A stretch of 63,810 bases of DNA, filler included, from Octopus bimaculoides (taxonomy: Eukaryota), in NCBI RefSeq assembly GCF_001194135.2. It is 5 parts of 5 records of this genome, joined end to end, with 100 filler letters (N's around TTAATTAATTAA, not from the genome) between each part and the next. Parts side by side here need not be neighbours in the genome. Positions count along the whole stretch, not along the records: positions 42,719 to 60,656 come from NC_068994.1; positions 60,757 to 62,387 come from NW_026422355.1; positions 62,488 to 63,810 come from NW_026410830.1; 2 more parts are not named here. The stretch is one strand, 5' to 3'. Every line of letters begins with the position of its first letter. Within the stretch, counting starts at the first letter, position 1. Positions 53,680 to 63,810 of the stretch are shown in pieces. The translations under genes were made by a program, and so were the position numbers. The notes under the pieces are model-generated. The model had not been told where the DNA came from, searched no databases, and saw only the letters and a program-made list of their open reading frames with translations.

Positions 53680-53934
53680 GAAGGTGGTGAGATGGCAGAA
53701 CAGTTGGCATGCATGGCAAAAATGCTTAGAGGCATTTTGTCTATTCTCACATTCTGAGTTCAAATTCCTCCTGGGTCGACTTTGCCTTTCGTCCTTTTGG
53801 GGTCAATAAAATAAGGACCAGTTGAGCACTGGGTTCAATGTAATTGACTTATCCCCTCTCCCAAAATTGCTGGCCTTGTGCCAAAATTTGAAATCAATAT
53901 TGCTTTCGAATTTTGGCACAAGGTCAGTAATTTT
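53680..53934 (+). mobile_element. SINE family C followed by an inverted copy of its own tail
   Basis: gagttcaaattcctcctgggtcgactttgcctttcgtccttttggggtcaataaaataaggaccag; tail arms 53863-53893 and 53904-53934. Confidence 0.85.
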
Positions 53935-54395
53935 CAGTGGGTGGGGTGGGGGGTTATTTCAAAGCAAGAATGCTGTTCCAGAAAAAGCCAACGGTTGAAG
54001 CATAGAATCAACCAGGAGGAAAGACTAGCTGTGATGGTGAGGATGAGAGATTTCCTCGTCAAATCTTTGATTAATTAACCACAGGGAAGACGAAAAGGCA
54101 CCCCTCAGCTTTTGTTGAAGCATGTCTGTAGGAGAAGGTCACTCTGATATAAAACCAAATATGCAGGGAATGGCATTGGACATTTTGGGGATCTATGGTT
54201 TGTGCTAGAGATCACGGCGCTCCCACATCCCTGAGCCTGCGACTCATATTGGCACCAGACATCTTGCTCCGGCTTGTCTCTGGATAATGTCAATAAAGTG
54301 GAGAGGGTCTATGAGGTGTTGTGCAAGCCTTATTGGGCCTAAAACTCTGCACAGGCATTGCTGACCTCTGCTCGACGTGTGCATTTTTTTTCTTC

Positions 54396-54464
<69 letters not shown>

Positions 54465-54689
54465 TATATGTCAGCCGTGTTCATGCATGAGTGTGTGTGT
54501 GTGTCTGCTGCCAATACTATAGGTTACTGTTGCCTAAACAGGCAACAATATTTAGTCAGCCGTGCCAAATCCCCAGCAGCCAAACAGCTGTGCCCAATTG
54601 TCTTATTCTACAGTGAAAGTGTGCTGAAGGACTTTGGATTCCTAAAGAGGAAAACTCGTACAACATCAATGGCTTTCAGTCAGTTTTGC

Positions 54690-55370
54690 TGCTGAGAGTT
54701 GAAAGGAAGGGTTGTTCAGCTTTATTCCCCAAATAAGACTGTGATTCGTCCCACGAACAGGCTGCACCGAATCATCAATACCAAAGACCAGCTTCCCTGG
54801 TCTCCCTGTTGTAATCCCCCCAACTTAACAGGAAACCCCCTGAGAGCAGAGGCGACCTATTCATACTGTGGTTTGATCTGGCCAATTGCCAGAAGAGACA
54901 CATCAAGCTTGCATTATACCATATTCCCAACACTATGAAGGACCTGGTATTGTTGATGGTCACTTTTGGATGAGAAACACGAGACTGGCATTGACTTAGA
55001 AAAGAAATAATAACAGCACTATCCCTGCTGTTGCATTCTTGCCATGGACACAGTGACTGAGTCTGCAGGGGGTGGGAGTGCAAAGAACTTCCCACCCCAT
55101 CCAAGACCGGTCTGTGACAATCACAATGTCAGTGCCAGGAAGTAGGCAAATTCTACAAGGAATTGAGAAACTTGCCACTTGGGCAAGGAGGAATTTAAAA
55201 TCTGCCAACTAAAGATCATGGTGCTAAACAAAGAGAAAAGTAGTCGACAAATTCCATTCCTCAAAATCCAGAACTGTCACTCCCACCCTCCTCACATAGC
55301 AAACAGACAGTCTGGGGAAGTTAGTCAACTCAACTCTAAAAAAACCCTACTATGGTCCAAAGATTCAACG
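54690..55370 (+). mobile_element. Degraded RT of an RLE-type (HERO/NeSL-like) non-LTR retrotransposon
   Basis: GDLFILWFDLAN...KLALYHIP (GDL.V.WLDLANA...AL..Y.IP), ILAMD and TMSVPGSRQILQGIEKLATWARRNLK (SVPG.RWIL.GLEKL..WARM.FK). Confidence 0.7.
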
Positions 55371-55402
55371 AAGAAGTTTGATTCACTAAAGTCAACATGT
55401 GA

Positions 55403-55501
55403 GGCCTTCCTAGCAGATCCAAGATCAATGAGTTGGGCCTTCCTAGCAGATCCAAGGTCAACAAGTCAGGCCTTCCTAGCAGATCCAAGGTCGATGAGTC
55501 A
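55403..55501. repeat. 33-bp tandem repeat, 3 copies
   Basis: ggccttcctagcagatccaaggtcaaygagtya at 55403, 55436 and 55469. Confidence 0.95.
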
Positions 55502-55639
55502 AGAAGTTCTTGCAGTCTAGAAACTCCAAAAGTTACTTGCATCACTGTGCTGACCAGACTATTGGACATCAGTATACACCACTGATCATGATGCGCATCC
55601 AATTCTTTCATGATCATGCCAATCTTGTCCATCTTTTCT

Positions 55640-55830
55640 CTCTAATTGTTTAACTAAATTCTCTTCCCATCATCTTGGAGGCTTTCCAAGTGGCCTTCTC
55701 CAATGTCTTGGATATCACTCAGCAACTACAAGGGACCACCTGTTCTCTGTGAACTTTGCAACACATCTGGCCCAGCGGAACTTGTACTTTTGGCATTCTG
55801 TGATCACATACTCATTCCATTCTTTTCTGA
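55640..55830 (-). mobile_element. RTE-like LINE C-terminal fragment
   Basis: KYKFRWARCVAKFTENRWSLVVAE*YPRHWRRPLGKP matches K..WAGHV.R..DNRW...V.EWYP...KRP.GRP. Confidence 0.65.
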
Positions 55831-56129
55831 TATGATCTAGCAATGTTATTTCTCACATATATCTCTTTCCAGGTCCCTTTCTTTATATATATGTGTGTGT
55901 GTGTGCGTGTAAGAGAGAGCATGGGAACATGTTTGTTGAAGACCATGGAAAATCTGTCCATTTAATTGATTTAATAAAGCGAACAATTGTTCAATGACAC
56001 AGAAATACATTGGGACTTATTTTAGGCAAGAGTAGATGCATTTAAGAGACAATTATATATAAATATATACACACACATAAATATATAAACATGCAAAGCA
56101 ATACATATTTTATTACAATTATGTATAAA

Positions 56130-56188
<59 letters not shown>

Positions 56189-56192
56189 ACAA

Positions 56193-56248
<56 letters not shown>

Positions 56249-56366
56249 ATGGAAAGATATATAGAAATATGCTTAAAATATATGAATATCAATATATATA
56301 TATATATATATATATATACGTGTGTGTTATATATATGTATGTGTGTATATATGTGTATACACACAC

Positions 56367-56406
<40 letters not shown>

Positions 56407-56590
56407 GTGTGTGTATACACATATATACACATATGTGTGTGTATACACACATACATATTTATGTATTTATAAATATTTAGATAGTATATAAATATAGCAC
56501 GTCTATAAATAATCTGTCTAGATATGAAATATATAAAAATATATCATCTACATATATAACATCAGCCATATAAATATATTATCAATACAA

Positions 56591-56637
<47 letters not shown>

Positions 56638-57479
56638 AGATCTAAAGATATATTAAAAAAATACCCCAACCGAAAATACAACATGGTTTCTCAATATAAC
56701 CCTTTCGCCACCATCGCCACTCCACATTCCTGTCCCTCTCACACCTCTCACTTGTTTACCCCTCCCCACCCTACCATAACTTTCTACACCACATGTCTTC
56801 CTCTCTGTCTATCTCCCGTTTCCTCTCTCATCACATGACTCCTCCTCCCTTCCTTTCTACCACCACCACATGTCTTTCTATCACATCCTCCGTTCCTTTC
56901 CACCACCACATCTCTCTCTCTCTCGCTTTCTTTTTCACCCTCCTTTCCTACTATACCACTATACGTCTCTCGCTGTCTGCCTTTCACCGTCTCTTCCTGT
57001 CCACCACCACCACCACTACATGTCTCTATCTCTTTCTATCTTCCTTCCTCGCCATCACCACATCTCTCTCTCTCTTCCTCTGCGCCGTCGGCATCGTCCA
57101 CACCATTATTCTTCCTCCTTATCCACATCTCCACCCCGTGAAAAAAAACAAAAAATCCAACCATACAGAGAAGAAAACGAAAGAAAATAAAAATAAAAAT
57201 TAAAGCAAAAAAATAATAATAAAAGAAACAAAAACTGAATGTCAGCAGACGAGAAGAAACGGAGGAGGAAAGACAGAGAGAAGGAGGAGGAAGAGGAAAA
57301 AGAAGGAAAGACGATAACAACAACAAGGAGAACAAGAAGCCCCGCCAAGAGGAGGGAAAAAAATCGTATCAGTAAATAAAAACCTTCGGTTAGTAGGTAG
57401 GAGAGGTCGGTGGTGGTGGTGGTGGTGGTTGTTTGTTTTTGTTGTTTTGGTAGTAAAGGTAGTAAAAGGGTAGGTCGGT

Positions 57480-59734
57480 CCGTTCCAGTCCTCACTCGCT
57501 TTTCGCCTTTTTTTGCCTCATCTGCCTGCCTGCCTTCCAACAAAACAGATCGTCTGTCTGTGTGTCGCCGCCGTCGTTGTCGTCGTTCTCATCATCATCA
57601 TAATAATCATCACTATCAACGCACCTTCCCCCCTCCCTTCCTTTCTCTGTCTCGCTTTATTTTTCTACGTCTTTTTTCTTTTTTCTTCCCCTCTTCTCTT
57701 TTCCTATTTATTTCCTCTTTCTTTTTCTTCTTCACGTCTCCCACCCTACCCCTTGCTTCGTTTTCCCTCTCTTCTCTCCCTCTCTCTCACACTTCATCCT
57801 CTCCTTCTTTCTCCCCCACATCACGCCTTCCTATTCTTTATCTTTTCTTTCTTTCCTTTTCATCCCTCCTCCCCCTCTTCCTCTCTTTCTCTCTTATCTT
57901 TCCGTCTCCCCCCTTTCTTTCCGTTATCTCTTCCTATCCCTTTATTCAATTCTTTTTTTCTCTTCATTTTTATCCAATTTTCTGCTTCTTCCTATCTTTT
58001 TCGTCACCTCCACCGTTCTTTTCTTCACCTTCTACTTCCCCTTTCTTCCCTTTTCTATTCTCTCCATCTCCCTAAACCCACCTAATTTCTCCACATCCCC
58101 ATCACCCTTTCCTCACCCTACTTCCGCCTGCAACGTCTGTCTCTCTTTTTTCCCTTCCTTTTACTGAGTTTCATGTTTTTATTTATCTTTTCTCTCTCAC
58201 ATTCTCTCGTCCTCATTATCCTCCCCCCTCACCTCCACTGCTCCTTTTCTTTCCTTCCAACGTCTCCCCCCTTTCCCTCTTTTACCTATATCTCTCTCTT
58301 TATTCCTCGATTTATCCCATCTTTCTCTTTTCTCTCTTTTTCCATTCCCCCTCCTCATTCTCCACTCTTTTTCTTCTCTCACTTCTATCTTCACCTCTTC
58401 CTCCTCCTCCAATTGTTTCTAACACATTTTTCTCTTATCTCTTTCTATTACCCACCATCACCATATTCTCTCTCTCTTTCTCTCTCTCTCTCTTTCTCTC
58501 CATCTCTTTCCTTATCTCTCTCTAGTTTTCTTTTATTCTTATCTCTTTTCTTTTTATCTCTCTGTTTTATTGACCTGTTTTCTCTCTTATTCTCTTCCCA
58601 TTTAATTTAATCTCATTCTTTCTTCTCCCTTTCTTCCACCTTCCTCCTATTTAGACATTTACTTCTTCTATTTTTAACATTATCCCACTCTCTTTCCAGC
58701 ACATTTGTCTCCTGGTTTCCCAATCTCTCTCTCTCTCTACTTCTATTCCCTTTTCTTTATCTTCCAATCTCTCTCTCTTACTGTCTTATTTTCTTTCCTC
58801 TCCTATCTTTCTCTTGTAATTTGAACCAACTCGCCCTTCGCCCTTCCATTTGGTTTATCTTTTCTCACTCTCTTTTCCCCTTTCTCTCTGTATCTCTCAT
58901 CTCCTCCTTTGTTGCTCATAGTCTTTCTGCCCACCTTCATCACTCGTTTACCAAACGCCATACTAAACCAAGCCACAACATATATTCACAACCACTCTCG
59001 CATGCTCTTTCCAATTCCTCTCCCCGTCGTCTGCATTCTTTCACCGTTGACCCCACCACCACCGCCGTCTCTATACCACTTATCTACCCTGCTTCACCCT
59101 CCCCAACACTGTACACTAAGCAGTTTGCTATGCCATTATTACTTCTCCATCTTTCTCCAATCCTCTCTCTCTCCCACTCTCTCAACACCTATCTTTCTTT
59201 CACTCACTCACTCACTCATCCTCTCACTTCCACTCACTATGCTTTTCATAAAAGCCATATTGTTTACTTTAAATTATACACACACAGTCCTCCTCACTCT
59301 CTGATTTATACTCTCTATTAATAATACAATGTCAACTATTCCCTCTATCTTTAGCCATATACATTTATATAGAAGTATTTTTTTCTCTTTCGTTTTCCCT
59401 CTCACTCTAAGTTCATCTCTGATTCCTATTCATTGAAATTCTATGCTTTCTTCCTCTTATTTCCACTACTAAACTTTCTTTTTATTTTTCTCCTCCCCTT
59501 CTCTTTTTGCTCCCCTTCTGCTAGTGTCTGTTCCACCCACCCCCTTCACTGTCACGCGTATCCCTCACAACACTCTCTCTCTCCTTCTCTTCTACTCCCA
59601 CACCATCCATCCATTTCTCACATGACTGTTTCTTTATTTCTTTAACTCCCTCCTTTTCTTTTTCTCTTTCCTTCTCCAGTCTATTTTTCCCATCTTTTCT
59701 CCTCACTACCACTATTTTATTTTTCTGTCTCTAT

Positions 59735-59782
<48 letters not shown>

Positions 59783-60110
59783 CACACACACATATATGTA
59801 TTTCTCCCAACACTAAGCCCTTAAACTCTCCCCCTCTCTATATACTATCTCTCTTTCTCTCTTTATCTACCCTTCCCCTATCTGTCTACTAATCTATATC
59901 TTTAAGCACTATCTTCCCCCTCTCTCTCTAGCTTTATCCTTTCTACTCTCTCCCACACTCTTCGGCTTTCTCTCTTTTTCTCTGTCTCTTTTCTCTGAAC
60001 ACTACCTGCCTCCTACTTCCTTTAATTTCCTTTCGTTCTTCCCACCTGCGCCCCTCTCTCTCTCTAATCTCCATTACTCTCACCACGCACACTCAGTTAT
60101 TTCTCATTGT
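57480..60110 (+). repeat. About 2.6-kb pyrimidine-rich low-complexity tract
   Basis: Almost G-free CT-rich plus strand with degenerate (CT)n and (CTT)n. Confidence 0.9.
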
Positions 60111-60899
60111 CTCTCAATCTTTCAGACGGTCTTTGTGTATGTATATGTGTGTATGTGTGTGTTTGTCTAACCACCACACACACACACACACACACACATA
60201 TAACCACACACAAATACATACAAAAACACGCGCGCGCTCGTACGCACGCTCACCCACAACCATATACACAGTCTTCACCACTGCTACTCCTGCTACTACC
60301 ACCACCACAACCACTACTACTACTACTACTACCACTACTACTACTACTACTGCTGCTACTGATGACCAGGTTTGTTATTAATTACTATAACCGTTATATT
60401 AGTAGTAGTATTTTTCATTTTATTATTATTATTATTATTATTATTATCATGTATCCCCCCCCTGCTGTTCATGTTGTTGTTGTTGTTAGCACTGTAATTC
60501 ATCTTTCTATCGCTCTACTGGCCCGTTTCCATGTCGTTTTGGTGAGGTGGGGGACACACGCACACATACACATATACTCACACACACATAGATATATATA
60601 TACATATACATATACATTACCATACACATACACACACATATGTGCATGTTTTTATANNNNNNNNNNNNNNNNNNNNNNNNNNNNNNNNNNNNNNNNNNNN
60701 TTAATTAATTAANNNNNNNNNNNNNNNNNNNNNNNNNNNNNNNNNNNNNNNNNNNNGATGGCGCATGTTTGCGTATCATCAATCAATGAAGCCATCGACA
60801 ATATGCTCCAACAACTTCGTTTATACCATGACTACAATTTTGAAAACTAACGTTTAACAGAATTATGGGCCGAAAATCATTGGTGTGAAACTCTTTTTT

Positions 60900-61500
60900 T
60901 TTTCTGCTGATGGTCTCTCGCAACTGATTATTGACTTACAACACCAGAGACTCTCAATTTTTGTTGCCATTTGTGGTAGATTTCTGCGAACAGGTGGCCG
61001 AACAAGTACTGCATATAACTGTAAAGCTCGTAAGATAGAACAGCTTAATAGGGCGATTGCTTTCCATGCAACCAAACTTTGCTCTCTGTATTTCCTTGGC
61101 TGTTATCTGCTTTTCGCAACACGTTACCTTTCATGTAGAGAGTCACGGTTGGCTGTCGAAGTAAGCACTGGAATCCTTCCTGCGTTCCAACATTTGTCTC
61201 GAGCTATCAAGCAAGTGCTGCTGATACGGTTAACCCATTGGCGTGACGTCGAGTAAATTCTGCCTGTTGTAGCCCTCCAAGGATCGAATTGTAGATTTGT
61301 TGCTACGTTGTGTCTCTGGCACTCAGGAAAATCTAAGGCTTTTCGTCCCTTTACATATTAAAGCATCGAATATATTTAGCATGTTTGGAAAATGGACACG
61401 AAAGCTCTTGACTCGAGAATTCTGGTAACGCTGATGGCGGCCATATCTATATCTAGTGACCAAAGACCATGGAGCAGATGGCCCTGTTTTTATGGTGACC
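60900..61500 (-). mobile_element. Degraded RTE-clade RT fragment
   Basis: Minus-strand fragments FPECQ (LPESQCGFR), RQ..DKC, AYFDS (KAFDS) and AKFGC (KFGCP), in the expected order. Confidence 0.5.
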
Positions 61501-62109
61501 CAGGCTACCGGCATTTCTAATTCTATCTTCATTGATGGACGGAAAGAAGAATATGAAAAATACCCATTTGCATTATACCTATGGAGAGATAGGTATTCCG
61601 TACCTTCAGCTGGTTGTGGATGTTTTCACAAGCAGTTCTTCTTTATAGTGCTTTGTTTATATGTTCTCTCAAGTATCCCAACACCGTTTGGACATTCATT
61701 GTTTTTTAAATGCCGTATGTGTTTTGAGATAGTTGGATGTCTTTTATGCATGCTGGAATGTTATTAGTTAATCTTACATAGTTATTGAGTGTGATGTTTG
61801 TATGTTGGTGTAAGTAAACCATTAGATATTTTAACTTGTTTTTTACGGCCCTCTAATAATTGATTTCATTTTCTGTTCGTGTTAGTGGTATGTTTTAGCT
61901 GTTAATTGGCGCGCGCGCGCGTGTGGGAATTAGCTTATGCTTTTAACGGTAGTGTCTGTGATAGTGGCTGTGGATGTGATGGGGATTATGGTGGTGATAG
62001 CACCAGTGTAACTGCTGTTGGTGCATCGTAACTCAAAAGCATCCCCCATGTGTTTGCTAATATTTGCCAGTTTCTACCGTTAGCATAGGTTTTCTTTTCT
62101 TTTTTTTTT

Positions 62110-62302
62110 GTTTTGTTTACTTGTTTCAGTCATCAGACTGCAGCCATGCTGGAGCACCGTCTTGAAGGGTCGAACAAATCGACTCCGGGACTTATTTTCT
62201 GAAAGCCTAGTACTTATTCTATCTGTTCCTGTTACCGAACCGCGAGTTTACGAGGACGTAAACACAACAACAGCGGTTGTCAAGCGGTAATGGGGTACAA
62301 AC
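62110..62302 (-). mobile_element. SINE family A 3' half
   Basis: acttgtttcagtcatcagactgcagccatgctggagcaccgtcttgaagggtcgaacaaatcgactccgggacttatt. Confidence 0.85.
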
Positions 62303-62348
62303 ACACACACAAAGACACACACATAGATATATACATGTATACATACAT

Positions 62349-62387
<39 letters not shown>

Positions 62388-63326
62388 NNNNNNNNNNNNN
62401 NNNNNNNNNNNNNNNNNNNNNNNNNNNNNNNTTAATTAATTAANNNNNNNNNNNNNNNNNNNNNNNNNNNNNNNNNNNNNNNNNNNNATATATATATATA
62501 TATATATACGTACGTACATACATACATATAGACATACACACATACATATATATTCATACTTATATACATATTCATACATACTTACAGACATGCGTTCATG
62601 CATATATACAAATAGATAGATACATACATACATTCATACATACATACGTATATACATACATACATTACAGATGATCACGACATCTGGAGCTATAAACATC
62701 TGCAAGATCTTAAGATGAACAAAACAAGATGCTTTCCTTCAGTACCTTGTTACCAAGTAGGTGGCCGGTCAAAATTTATTCTAAATTTAAAAGGGTAAGA
62801 GAACATACATACATGCAAGCATAGTGGTATGTATATACACAAAAAGGCAACTGAAAATCTGCTACAGTTTACTTACAATTTGCTTACGTAATAAAATCCT
62901 GTACTTTATCAGAGCCCCGTGCTGTAAAAAAAATTCAAACGTAAGACAATAAAAAACAGCCAATAGTACCAGAAGATAACATTAGATACATACAAAAACA
63001 GAAGAGTTCCAGAAAAGGGGAAATAAATCTCAAGAAGACGAAACATACAACATCCGAAAATTGCATGCTGTGATTTTTACGTTTCAATAAAAGACAAGTT
63101 GGGCACGGCTAGGGCGCCTTAATCATAGATCAGCTGACTCAGAAGTAATGTGGGACAAACTACCGCCACATCAAAGGCATCAACTACAATAACAACAACT
63201 ACAACATCTAACAAACAAACCTGTATTCACCATTTTATTATTAAACTTGTACCAGTCGAACAGAAAATATCACGTTACCATGGCAACGCGGACGTATATA
63301 CACACACACTTACACATAGACGTGCA

Positions 63327-63381
<55 letters not shown>

Positions 63382-63810
63382 GTGTACGTGTATATTTTTC
63401 TTTGTGTTTGTGTGAGTGTGTATATATATGTATGTGTGTGTGTCATGTATATATATATTCATATACATTTGTTTAGATATATAATTATAAAGATATATAT
63501 GTATATATATACATAGTTATATATACATTCTTATCTATATATATAAGTATATGTATATATATACATCTGCATGCATATATGCTTGTATGTACGCATGTAT
63601 GTATATAAGAATATATGTATGAACAATTGAGTGTATGTATATATGTATGTATGTGTGCATGTACGTATGTATGTATACATGTATGAGTGCATGCATGTAT
63701 GAATGTATGTAGGTATATATATACATGCATGTATTACGTATGTATGTATGTATGTATGTATGCATGCATGTTTTACGTGTGTGTGTATGTATGTACCTAT
63801 GTATGCTTGT

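Overview
Eukaryotic, microsatellite-saturated, mostly intronic/intergenic DNA with 17 N-gaps (about 6 kb in total). The SINE families and simple-repeat load suggest an octopod cephalopod (inference). The only convincing host coding sequence is the first coding exon of an SVEP1/polydom-like gene on the minus strand (35790-36860). It encodes a putative signal peptide at Met165 and the N-terminal half of a vWA domain with a DNSGS MIDAS, ends at a GTAAGT donor, and is preceded in frame by 164 codons rich in His/Gln/Asn/Thr. I could not find the next exon in the 35.8 kb downstream. The rest is three tRNA-headed SINE families (my labels A, B, C), decayed RTE and HERO/NeSL-like LINEs, Tc1/mariner remnants, MITEs, a possible solo LTR, and mini/microsatellites. 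The most notable non-coding signals are two Penelope-type hammerhead ribozyme motifs, both on the SVEP1 strand (10206-10251 and 48932-48980). The second sits in an inverted duplication that would base-pair over its catalytic core. Several closely spaced inverted repeats could form dsRNA. Most ORF-track entries are microsatellite or N-gap artefacts. No database searches or folding programs were run; family assignments come from recalled motifs.
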